Source: an uncultured bacterium (GTDB lineage Bacteria > Patescibacteriota > Dojkabacteria > J137). From it: a DNA stretch of 64,000 bases. Numbering within the stretch: position 1 is the first letter of the stretch; each line of letters begins with the position of its first letter. Positions 31,090-39,593 of this stretch are shown piece by piece. The position numbers and the translations under genes were made by a program. The stretch is from contig OY969472.1 of the NCBI GenBank assembly GCA_963700155.1, positions 2,058-66,057 of the forward strand. The letters are read 5' to 3'. The notes below the pieces were generated by a model. It was not told the DNA's origin, did not search any database, and saw only the letters and a list, made by a program, of their open reading frames with translations.

Positions 31090-32397
31090 CTAATTAGGAA
31101 AAATCTCAGTTGAACCTTCAATAATTTTCACTGTAGAATTATTTTCAAATATAAATTTAAGTTCCTCTCCAGCCCAACTATAATCCTCTTCTTTTCCTAT
31201 CAAAAATGTTTGATCAGTTTTATGTTTATAATAACTGAAACCATTCATTGGAGTTTCACTGTTTAAATAGATGCAAATTAAACCATTATTAAACTGAGTT
31301 ACATACTCATCGGTTCTCTTATTTGAATATTTTCCTTTTAATTTACTGAGCTCATCATTATTTTCATCATCCTTAAAATTATTTTTAACATATAGCCATA
31401 TTGCATGGATTGAATTAGCTATTGTATTTGTCCAGCTATCCATGGAGTTTGTCAGTACTACTATCCCAATATCATTCTCGTTATCAATAAGTATTTGTGA
31501 AGAATAACCATTGAAAGAACCTCCATGACCATTTACTAAAATATTCGAGTTATGCCAAGTTTCATATCCGTAACCATATTGTAAATCACTATCTCTTGAC
31601 GTTCTTACTTTTCTCATTTCTTCTAAACTATTTTTACTCAATTTAACTGGATTTAAATTTTCTCTCACAAATTTAGATAAATCCTCCACACTAGATATAA
31701 AACCAGTGGAGGCTGAAAATGCTTTAGTCTGTACATTATTTAATGGTTCATCTGAGTGCAAACTTTTTCTTTTATAAGGAGTACAAATTCCAGTTATACT
31801 TGAATCTTCCAAGTCAGAATAAGTATTTTTCATTTCAAGAACAGATAGAAAATCTTTTGAAAATTCTACAAAGGATTTTATAGTAATTTTTTCGATTATC
31901 AAGCCTAAGATTGCATATCCTAAATTTGAGTATTTAAATTGCTCCATTGGTGCATATATCTTAATATCCTTTTTTAATTCTTCAAGTACAAATTCTTTAT
32001 CAGGAAAATTATCATCTTCCCAACATAAAGTATTACCATCTGATTTAATACCTGATTGATGACTCAGTAATTGCCTAATAGTAATATTTGAAATATTTGA
32101 ATTTATTTCTTCAAAATATTTATTTAACTTATCCTCTAAAGACAACTTATCTTCTTCTAAAAGTTTAAAAATCATATTTGCTGTAAACATCTTTGAAACA
32201 GAGGCTACCCTATACATACTTTTAGTATTCGATTCAGTTTTATTCATTAAATTGCTATATCCGTAGCTATTAGAATAAATATTGTTTCCCCCATTAACAA
32301 GTGAGATTGTAATACTGGGAATATTTTCAGTTTTCCTAAAGTGATCCAACCAAACATTTATAAGCTCTATTGCTTTTTCTTGAGATTTACTACCCAT
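31090..32397 (-). CDS. Serine hydrolase (beta-lactamase class C / D-aminopeptidase-like family)
   Basis: ASVSK (SxxK), LLSHQSG, FKYSN.GY, HGGS..GY motifs; no signal peptide. Confidence 0.9.
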   Translation of the reverse strand: MGSKSQEKAIELINVWLDHFRKTENIPSITISLVNGGNNIYSNSYGYSNLMNKTESNTKSMYRVASVSKMFTANMIFKLLEEDKLSLEDKLNKYFEEINSNISNITIRQLLSHQSGIKSDGNTLCWEDDNFPDKEFVLEELKKDIKIYAPMEQFKYSNLGYAILGLIIEKITIKSFVEFSKDFLSVLEMKNTYSDLEDSSITGICTPYKRKSLHSDEPLNNVQTKAFSASTGFISSVEDLSKFVRENLNPVKLSKNSLEEMRKVRTSRDSDLQYGYGYETWHNSNILVNGHGGSFNGYSSQILIDNENDIGIVVLTNSMDSWTNTIANSIHAIWLYVKNNFKDDENNDELSKLKGKYSNKRTDEYVTQFNNGLICIYLNSETPMNGFSYYKHKTDQTFLIGKEEDYSWAGEELKFIFENNSTVKIIEGSTEIFPN

Positions 32398-32476
32398 TTT
32401 TTTAATTTAATATCTATCAAAGAATTTTATCATTAAATCATTGTAAAGCTCTAGAATATAATTTTAGTTAATTTAA

Positions 32477-32490
32477 CCATAACCCGCTTT
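32477..32490 (+). repeat. Truncated copy of the att-like junction repeat
   Basis: ccataacccgcttt. Confidence 0.75.
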
Positions 32491-32567
32491 CTGTGATTGT
32501 TGTCCGATATTCTTCTCAATTTGCCATTCTATATCTAAACTTACTATTGTTACTAATGAAGAAGATA

Positions 32568-32596
32568 TTGACTTTCTTATATAACCAAGATATAAT
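32568..32596 (+). promoter_or_regulatory. Sigma70-type promoter of the small peptide gene
   Basis: TTGACT (32568-32573), 17-bp spacer, TATAAT (32591-32596). Confidence 0.7.
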
Positions 32597-32645
32597 GTAT
32601 ATACGGTATGAAGCATTAAGCTTCTAACTATATGGAGGGTACAAA

Positions 32646-32729
32646 ATGCCTGACACAACCAAAAGTGGTGGAAACAGTCCCAAGGGCGGTGGTCCTAAAT
32701 CGCCGGGTCCAGGCCCGAAGCAAGGGTAA
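32646..32729 (+). CDS. 27-aa Gly/Pro/Lys/Ser-rich peptide
   Basis: MPDTTKSGGNSPKGGGPKSPGPGPKQG*, GGAGGG SD at 32634-32639, consensus promoter upstream, strong hairpin downstream. Confidence 0.6.
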   Translation: MPDTTKSGGNSPKGGGPKSPGPGPKQG

Positions 32730-32742
32730 CTAACTCCATCAC

Positions 32743-32765
32743 GGGGCGACACAATGTGTCGCCCC
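32743..32765 (+). other. GC-rich hairpin after the peptide ORF (no U tract)
   Basis: ggggcgacac-aat-gtgtcgcccc, 10-bp perfect stem followed by an A/C-rich tract. Confidence 0.8.
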
Positions 32766-32892
32766 AAACAACCCCAACAAAAACATTTTGAAAGATATTT
32801 GAAATTCATAACTCCTAATATCAATAAAATACCAAAATCGGATTATCCAGAGACATTAAATATTTGGATATTGTCAGAAAACCGAGTTGTTA

Positions 32893-32919
32893 GTTCGAAC
32901 TTCGGTCCATAACCCGCTT
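32893..32919 (+). repeat. 27-bp att-like junction repeat
   Basis: gttcgaacttcggtccataacccgctt, identical to 33492-33518. Confidence 0.92.
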
Positions 32920-33018
32920 TTGCTTCTAGAATCATTTCCCAATGAGCATTTTGATAACTATTCTAGCCAAAAAATAAATGATATAATAAAAATCATATAA
33001 ATTATTAGTTTATAACAT

Positions 33019-33357
33019 ATGAATAGAGATGAAACTCCTACAGTCGCTGATGCCGTAGATGCTACGCGAGAGAGATATAATAAGGAACGTTCTACAAGTT
33101 ATAAGGTAGGGCAAACTTTAACAATACCTGAAGGCACAAGAATTATAGTGGAAGGAAAGGGGATGATATTGCCAGTTGAGGTAGAGGCGGTCGTAAAACA
33201 TATAGAATATGATGATTATTCATTGGAAATGGCGGAGTCACAATTAGTACCCGACGATAACAATAACTTAGATTTCCCTAAAATTACTTTTAAACTTAAA
33301 GGTTATGAACGTGGTGAAACAGTGAAATTATTTCAGTTTCGTTTACCTCGAGGATAG
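33019..33357 (+). CDS. Hypothetical protein (cassette cargo)
   Basis: 112-aa ORF between two junction repeats, TGATATAAT about 30 nt upstream. Confidence 0.65.
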   Translation: MNRDETPTVADAVDATRERYNKERSTSYKVGQTLTIPEGTRIIVEGKGMILPVEVEAVVKHIEYDDYSLEMAESQLVPDDNNNLDFPKITFKLKGYERGETVKLFQFRLPRG

Positions 33358-33491
33358 CCTCTCAAAAAAGACAGTTTAGGTTCTAAATAGAGTAGCCAAT
33401 TCTTAAGGCAAATATGGTTTTGAATGAGTTAAGTACGCATTTGAAGATTAGATCCACATGTATTATCTAATGTACTTGTACGAGCAGTTCG

Positions 33492-33579
33492 GTTCGAACT
33501 TCGGTCCATAACCCGCTTGTGTCATAAAATTCTTTCCCATTAACCATTATATTTTCAACTAGTAACGGTCTGATCGAAC
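33492..33579 (+). repeat. 27-bp junction repeat plus 69-bp arm homologous to the sequence 3' of the tRNA
   Basis: 33511-33579 aligns ungapped to 31022-31090 (56/69 identical by manual count), both ending in TGATCGAAC. Confidence 0.9.
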
Positions 33580-33622
33580 CAAATTTGATATAATCCAAAT
33601 AAATAAATTTACATATATTTAT

Positions 33623-34423
33623 ATGGAGAAAGAATGCATACCTGAAGGATTAAGCGAGGGTGAATATTTTAAAAGAATTATAGACATTTTTAGCAGTCAA
33701 GAAATAGTTAGAGAACATGTAATTAAAAATCACGATGATAACCTTTGGTGGCCTCAAAAAGTTAAGGATCCAAGAAAGAGATTACTATTTGCAGGATTAT
33801 CAACTAGGGTTTCATATAACATGATTGACCATTATCGCTCAGTTATAGATGAACTCGATGCTTACTCCTACGAAGATATAGTAAATTTACCTGTTGAAGA
33901 TTTAATAAAAATTGTAGGGAGATTAGGACTAGGTAATACTAGGACTAAATATATTCACTCAATGATTAAATTCATTCAACTTCATGATACGGAATTATCC
34001 TCTTATTCAAATTCAGATTTAATTAAATTGATTTCTGAAGAAGTTGATGGAGCATCGTATAAGGTTGCACAGTGCTGCGTGTTATATTCGCGAGGTTACC
34101 ATTGCGGAGTTATGCCTGTTGATAGTGGAATGAAAGATATGCTGCTCCCATGTATCGGATTCAATCTCAGTAATGGTGCAATTGGCCATGAAGAAGCTCG
34201 ATTGGAGCTTGAGAGATTAGTTTCAGAAGTAGATTTAAGACCAATATTAGAGAAAAATAATTATTTGGATTATATAAATATACCTGAAGGTGCAGATTTA
34301 ACTTGGTGGACACACTTAGTACTTATTTACTACAAGAGATTCTTTTGTAATAAACATAATCCATCAATCTGCCCTTTAGCAAATACTTTTAAATTAAGAG
34401 AATCATGTAAAGAGGAACTATGA
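33623..34423 (+). CDS. HhH-GPD / endonuclease III-like DNA glycosylase (divergent)
   Basis: LGL...R.KYI, HhH-like V.GASYKVAQC.VL (Lys), PVD (Asp), C-terminal Cys cluster FC.......CPL...C. Confidence 0.7.
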   Translation: MEKECIPEGLSEGEYFKRIIDIFSSQEIVREHVIKNHDDNLWWPQKVKDPRKRLLFAGLSTRVSYNMIDHYRSVIDELDAYSYEDIVNLPVEDLIKIVGRLGLGNTRTKYIHSMIKFIQLHDTELSSYSNSDLIKLISEEVDGASYKVAQCCVLYSRGYHCGVMPVDSGMKDMLLPCIGFNLSNGAIGHEEARLELERLVSEVDLRPILEKNNYLDYINIPEGADLTWWTHLVLIYYKRFFCNKHNPSICPLANTFKLRESCKEEL

Positions 34424-34903
34424 TAATACTAGAAGGTTTGGATGGGACAGGTAAAAGTACCCTTTCAGAAAAATTAAAACAATTTGGATATTCAAATTTA
34501 TATTTTGCACATGACCCAGAAAATAAAGATATCTATGGGAAATATTTAAATATATTAAAAGGTGGAAACTTACAAAAATTAATTTTAGACCGTTCATTCA
34601 TAAGTGAATTTGTTTATGGGAACGTACTTAGAGGTGGAAGTAGACTGAGTGAATCTCAAATACAAACTCTTGCAAAAAATTATGCTCAGAAAAGTGGAAG
34701 GATAATTTATTTGGTTGCACCTTATAACACCCTAGTCAAAAGAAGAAAATAAAGATTTGCTAATTCTCCAAAAGAATTATAAGGAACTAAATGATTCGTA
34801 TGAATACATAATGAAATCATTAAAAAATTTTATAAGGATATATAAATTTGATACTAAACTAAAGAGCACAGAACAAATTGTAAAAGACTTAGACTTTTTA
34901 TAG
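34420..34903 (+). pseudogene. Thymidylate/deoxynucleotide kinase-like protein with +1 frameshift at ~34740-34752
   Basis: IILEGLDGTGKST, LDRSFISE.VYG; stops at 34752, but the +1 frame continues open (EENKDLLILQKNY...FDT....EQIVKDLDFL*) to TAG at 34903; span 484 = 3n+1. Confidence 0.75.
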
Positions 34904-34910
34904 AAATCAT

Positions 34911-35711
34911 ATGACTACTGATATTGTTTTCGCAGGTAACATCTCAAGGGATAAGATTTCTTGTATGGATAGTATTTACAGAGAGGTTTGGGGTGGGAGT
35001 TCACTTAATTCTTCATTAGTATGTAGGGTGGTGAGTAATAAAGGTATCGGATTGATTACAGCATTTGGTAATGACTTTGATAGAAATTTACTTTCAAAAA
35101 ATAGAATACAGATTGAGAATTCATTTGTTAGTAGAAAGAGTAATGCTTTTTTGATAAATGAAAGAAAAGATACATTTACTCTGGAAGAACCTCCTTATCT
35201 AAATTACAATAATATACCCAATATTAACACCAATATATTACACGTTTCCTTTAGGAGAGGTGTCCCTATTGAAAGAATCTTAGACTCAAAAGGAGTTAAC
35301 TTTAAATCTTTATCAATTGATGTGATGATTCATAGTATTAAAGATTATCTTCCATTGTTCCAAAAATATAAAGATGCTATAAATTTTGCTTTTTGTAACT
35401 CCTCTGAGTATAGAATTATTAAAGACTATCTTGAACCATCTGCAAATATTCTAGTGACAGATAGTGGTAAGGATGTAACCTATTTCAATGGCGAAACTAA
35501 GAAAGTATTTAGAGTTATTAATGTAGATAGTAGCAAGGTAGTATCAACTACTGGTGCTGGTGATTGCTTTATTGGTGGCTTTTGGGGTTCTTTTCTTACT
35601 AATGATTCATTTGATAATTCTATAAATTTAGGAATAAAATTAGCATCAGATTCTGTAAAATATTGTGGAGTCGAAGATTTTATAAATAATAGTAATTTAC
35701 TAAAACATTAA
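34911..35711 (+). CDS. PfkB-family carbohydrate/nucleoside kinase
   Basis: G.I..D, GGS..N, G.DF, N..E, STTGAGDCF.GGF signature. Confidence 0.88.
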   Translation: MTTDIVFAGNISRDKISCMDSIYREVWGGSSLNSSLVCRVVSNKGIGLITAFGNDFDRNLLSKNRIQIENSFVSRKSNAFLINERKDTFTLEEPPYLNYNNIPNINTNILHVSFRRGVPIERILDSKGVNFKSLSIDVMIHSIKDYLPLFQKYKDAINFAFCNSSEYRIIKDYLEPSANILVTDSGKDVTYFNGETKKVFRVINVDSSKVVSTTGAGDCFIGGFWGSFLTNDSFDNSINLGIKLASDSVKYCGVEDFINNSNLLKH

Positions 35712-35728
35712 TTTTTAAGACTAAAATA

Positions 35729-36028
35729 ATGAGTAAAAAACAGAACTCGGTTCAAAAACAAATCTGGCAAAATAAATTAGACAAAGGATTTAATACAGAA
35801 AATGTTGATAAAGAATTCTGCTTTGCTTATGGAGAACTTGGTGAAGCATATAATGCCTACAGAAAAGGTTTAGAAGATTTAGGTGATGAATTAGCTGATG
35901 TGGCTATTTACCTTTATGCATTATCAGAAATGCTAGGTTTTGATTTAGACAATGAAGTTACAAAGAAATTGGCAAAAAACAAAGCTCGTAAATATGAAAA
36001 AAAGAACGGAGTTTTACTAAAAATTTAA
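35729..36028 (+). CDS. MazG-like all-alpha NTP pyrophosphohydrolase
   Basis: GELGEA...R.....LGDELADV.IYL..L....G.DL...V..K..KN..R.Y. Confidence 0.88.
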   Translation: MSKKQNSVQKQIWQNKLDKGFNTENVDKEFCFAYGELGEAYNAYRKGLEDLGDELADVAIYLYALSEMLGFDLDNEVTKKLAKNKARKYEKKNGVLLKI

Positions 36029-36035
36029 ATTACTG

Positions 36036-36062
36036 GTTTGAACTTCGCTCCATAACCCGCTT
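36036..36062 (+). repeat. Distal 27-bp junction repeat (right boundary of island)
   Basis: gtttgaacttcgctccataacccgctt, 2 mismatches to consensus, 7 bp after the MazG stop. Confidence 0.88.
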
Positions 36063-36248
36063 TTTCAAAACCTTCAATTCATTTTACAAACAAAAGAACC
36101 GCTCAGGTTAGATTTTTACAAAAAGCGGACAATTATATTATAAACGTCACAATAATAAACCAAGAACCTTCGTAGACTATTCATCTTTGATATATATATT
36201 TATTAAACACTTACTATCATTACAGATACATTCAATTATATATAATTT

Positions 36249-37991
36249 TTGCATATTTTTATTCTCAAATGTATAATAAATAAAATATCTATTAAAATAC
36301 TAATTATGGGAAAGAAGATCATATTTAATGTATTAATAATATTCTTAATGTTTTCGCCTGCTTCAGGCATGGTTTTTGCTCAAAATATAAATTTAATAAA
36401 TAACCCTTCAGTTGAAACATCACAAAATTCACTTCCTCAAGATTGGTCAAAAGAAAGCTGGGGGAAAAACACTGTATCTTACCAATATCTATCAACAGGT
36501 CATACTGGCTCAAAAAGTCTTTATCTAAAAGTTAGCGATTACCAAAGTGGAGACGCAAAATGGGTATTCAATCCTGTAAATGTTTCAGCAAGCACTAACT
36601 ATCTTTTTACAGACTACTATAAATCCACGGCTGTAAGTGATGTTGTAGTTAGATTAATTGATTCTTCGAATAAACAGACATATATAGACTTGGGAGAAAC
36701 CCAGCCTTCAGCAAATTGGACACAATTTTCAGCAACTTTTAAAACTAAACCAACAACTGTAAAAGTTACTGTTTTACATTTACTCTATAACGACGGAGAA
36801 TTAACTACAGACGACTATAGTTTATATCTAAATCCAGGAGCTGTAATAACTTACAATGTTCCAAACAACTCTGTAGAAACAGTTTCAACTATAAATCCTA
36901 ATCTCCCGGACAGCTGGACAAGCGATGCTTGGGGAACAAATAATGCACAATTCGATTATTTAAATACTGGTTATGATAGTAATCGAAGTGTCAAAGTAAC
37001 AATATCTTCTTACACTAACGGCGATGCTAAATGGATGTATAATCCACAACCTTTGACAAAAGGACAATATTATGAGTTTCAAGATTATTATCAGTCTGAT
37101 GTTTCTACTGAAGTCGCAGTTATGTATACTAAAAGAAATGGTTCACAAGCATTTCTTGAACTCAAAAATGCTCCTGTAAGTACAGGATGGAATCATTATA
37201 CTGCTTACTTCACAGTACCAAATAATGCTGTTAATGTCAGTGTTATTCACTTTCTATCAATGGCGGGGTATCTTGTTACTGATGATTATAGCGTCACTCC
37301 TGCAGTATATAAACCATTGACTCGTGCTTTGCTAACCCTGACTTTTGACAATGGCTATGAAGATAATTCAACTACTGCTGTCCCCACTATGGACGCTTTA
37401 GGTATTAAAAGCACACAATGTTTCTCAACTGAATATTTAGAAGCTGAAAATCACACTTGGGATTATATTGTAAAACAATTTTATGACGATGGTCATGAAA
37501 TTTGTTCCCACTCAGCACATCACGAAGATATTACAAATTTAACTGCTTCCCAACTTGATTATGAGTACAGTTATTCACAAAATTATTTAGACGATTTGAT
37601 TGGTGTACCTGATGCAGTTCAAAATTATATTTCGCCATTCGGAAGTTATTCTGATACAGCTTTTACTGAAGCACAAAAGTACTATACTTCTTTCCGAAGT
37701 ACAGATGACGGATATAATACCAGAGACAATATGAATTTTTATAATTTGCATGTTCAAAATATTCTGAAGACTACAACAGCAGCAAAGGTTCAATCTTGGG
37801 TGAACAATGCGATCGCAAATAAATCTTGGCTTGTTATTGTATATCATAGAGTTGCCACAAAAAAGATTGGCAAATATGACACAACGCCTACATTATTTGA
37901 TGCACAGATGCAAGCAATCGTAAATTCCAAAATTACAGTATTAACTACAGCTCAGGCGATACAGGAAATTACTCCTCAGCTAGATAAATAG
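36249..37991 (+). CDS. Secreted polysaccharide deacetylase (CE4/NodB-like) with two carbohydrate-binding (CBM4/9-like) repeats; likely start ATG 36306
   Basis: Signal peptide, duplicated N.SVET...P..W....WG.N....YL.TG....S......Y..GDAKW domain, TFDNG, GHEI.SHS.HH, PFG, YHRV. Confidence 0.85.
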   Translation: MHIFILKCIINKISIKILIMGKKIIFNVLIIFLMFSPASGMVFAQNINLINNPSVETSQNSLPQDWSKESWGKNTVSYQYLSTGHTGSKSLYLKVSDYQSGDAKWVFNPVNVSASTNYLFTDYYKSTAVSDVVVRLIDSSNKQTYIDLGETQPSANWTQFSATFKTKPTTVKVTVLHLLYNDGELTTDDYSLYLNPGAVITYNVPNNSVETVSTINPNLPDSWTSDAWGTNNAQFDYLNTGYDSNRSVKVTISSYTNGDAKWMYNPQPLTKGQYYEFQDYYQSDVSTEVAVMYTKRNGSQAFLELKNAPVSTGWNHYTAYFTVPNNAVNVSVIHFLSMAGYLVTDDYSVTPAVYKPLTRALLTLTFDNGYEDNSTTAVPTMDALGIKSTQCFSTEYLEAENHTWDYIVKQFYDDGHEICSHSAHHEDITNLTASQLDYEYSYSQNYLDDLIGVPDAVQNYISPFGSYSDTAFTEAQKYYTSFRSTDDGYNTRDNMNFYNLHVQNILKTTTAAKVQSWVNNAIANKSWLVIVYHRVATKKIGKYDTTPTLFDAQMQAIVNSKITVLTTAQAIQEITPQLDK

Positions 37992-38013
37992 CAAATCTAA
38001 TTAAAAACTATTC

Positions 38014-38043
38014 TAAAACCATTGGTAAGTGCCAATGGTTTTA
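38014..38043. terminator. Probable bidirectional terminator between convergent genes
   Basis: taaaaccattgg-taagtg-ccaatggtttta inverted repeat with A/T tracts on both sides. Confidence 0.75.
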
Positions 38044-38188
38044 TTATTATGAAAGATAGTAGACTTAACATTCTTTCATTATTTTAATTTAGACGAATAA
38101 TTTATATAGAATTATATTCGTTTATATTAAAAATTTTTAAATATAACATTGAGCTGTATCATTTTGTTCAGAAAGTTTTCCAGTTTAA

Positions 38189-38998
38189 TTACAATTTTGC
38201 AATATTAACAGTTTTCATTTTAAAATACTGAGTTCCTGCGGCGCCTCCTTGTGCAGTTAATTCACCAGAAAGTGCAACTTCATCATCAGCTTTTAGATTT
38301 GCTACGAAAGGTATTCCACTAATAAATGACTCAGGAACTAAATAGTTAACACAAGGAGGCGCCGGATTTGCACATGAATTAAATACATAATTAGATTTAG
38401 TTGAAACATCTGGATCAACTTCTTTATCTACATATTTAGCTATAACATTAATTAAAATATCCCCATTTAAAACAAAATATTCATTTCCTGCTGCATTACC
38501 TGCAGGTGAAGGTACAATCTGCCCAGAAATAAGAACTGGCATTGTGTCTTGAAGTGAGCTCAAAATAGGATAGTCAGATTTTGTTGATGCATCAAGTAAA
38601 TAATGGTAACAAACTGATAAATTATTATCGCAATAATCGAAAGAATAATAATCAGTACCAGCAATTTGCACAGTTGTTGAACTATAAGTTGTTCTTTTGT
38701 CTGTTATTGTATCAGCATTAGTATATGAAACAGGCGTACTCACTGGATTTTGGTTTGAACTATTGTTTGATGATGAATTATTATTTTGGTTTGTAGGTGC
38801 ATTATTATTATTTTGTAAAAGTAAAAATAAGACTATGACTACTATCACAACTATTATTAATACAAACCCTCCTACAATTATTATCATTTTGTTTCTTGGC
38901 GAATTATTATTTACACTATTTGCAACAGTTAAATTTGGTTGAGTCATTTCTTTATTTTCGACTCCAGATATATTATTTTGGTTTGTTTGTGTGTCCAT
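38189..38998 (-). CDS. Membrane-anchored protein with Asn-rich linker and two Cys-pair repeats
   Basis: Single TM, N/S-rich linker, duplicated Y.F..C......C..YL...SG......A.G..YF. Confidence 0.7.
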   Translation of the reverse strand: MDTQTNQNNISGVENKEMTQPNLTVANSVNNNSPRNKMIIIVGGFVLIIVVIVVIVLFLLLQNNNNAPTNQNNNSSSNNSSNQNPVSTPVSYTNADTITDKRTTYSSTTVQIAGTDYYSFDYCDNNLSVCYHYLLDASTKSDYPILSSLQDTMPVLISGQIVPSPAGNAAGNEYFVLNGDILINVIAKYVDKEVDPDVSTKSNYVFNSCANPAPPCVNYLVPESFISGIPFVANLKADDEVALSGELTAQGGAAGTQYFKMKTVNIAKL

Positions 38999-39077
38999 AT
39001 TTTTTATAAAAAAAAGTATTACTTTATATAATACAACTAATTAAAAATCATCTCTATAAGTAGTGATATAATTCATC

Positions 39078-39593
39078 ATGGATTGGCAATTGACTGGGAA
39101 TATCGAAAAATCAGAGATCATTAACTTTGAAGAATCTTTAGAGCAATTAGAAGAACTTTTCAACTATCTTTTAAATTTAATTAATCTTTATCCTGAAAAT
39201 CTTAAAACAGCTATTATTTTCGATCAATGGAGTTTGAAAGATATTCTTGCTCATTTTATAGGATGGAATAAACTTACAACCGATGATATAAAAAGAACAT
39301 TAAAAGGAAAAACAAAAGATAATATATGGATAGATGATGCTGAGATAGACCTTTTTAATAAGACTGAAGTGAATAAAAGAAGTACATTAAATTGGGATGA
39401 AGTTCTAAATGAATTTATTATATCTTTCGAAGAACTTTTTAATACATATAAATCCATTCCTCCTGAATTTAGAAAAGCTAATTTGAATCCAAATGAAGAA
39501 GGCTTTCCAATAAGTTTGAGCTTAATGGTTGATGTAAAACATTTCATTTATCACATCTTTGAAATTGAGACAAAAATTAGTGAAATTATTTAG
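39078..39593 (+). CDS. DinB/ClbS/DfsB-like four-helix bundle protein
   Basis: WSLKDILAHFIGWN and C-terminal H...H. Confidence 0.75.
   Translation: MDWQLTGNIEKSEIINFEESLEQLEELFNYLLNLINLYPENLKTAIIFDQWSLKDILAHFIGWNKLTTDDIKRTLKGKTKDNIWIDDAEIDLFNKTEVNKRSTLNWDEVLNEFIISFEELFNTYKSIPPEFRKANLNPNEEGFPISLSLMVDVKHFIYHIFEIETKISEII

Larger units (their letters stand above)
31022..36062. mobile_element. tRNA-Gly-anchored island made of four cargo cassettes separated by att-like repeats; no recombinase present
   Basis: ACCCGCTT core at the tRNA 3' end recurs at 32482, 32912, 33511 and 36055, each time preceded by (GTTCGAACTTCGGT)CCATA. Confidence 0.75.

Noticed and set aside
31090-32397. Bona fide beta-lactamase resistance gene
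   Set aside because: SxxK/YxN/HGG motifs are shared by esterases and peptidases of this family, and there is no signal peptide; activity cannot be assigned from sequence.
32743-32765. Hairpin as an intrinsic terminator
   Set aside because: No U tract follows it on either strand, so it is reported only as a hairpin.
32473-32824. Minus-strand ORFs 32473-32658 and 32624-32824
   Set aside because: They are antisense to the promoter/SD/peptide unit, lack expression signals, and are likely shadows of the GC-rich patch.
30743-36062. CRISPR array interpretation of the 107-bp and 27-bp repeats
   Set aside because: The 107-bp units have no unique spacers; the 27-bp repeats are separated by 0.4-2.5 kb of genes; no cas genes.
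31022-36062. Classical integron (attC/IntI)
   Set aside because: No tyrosine recombinase in the window, repeats lack the RYYYAAC...GTTRRRY long hairpin, and cargo orientation is mixed with internal promoters.
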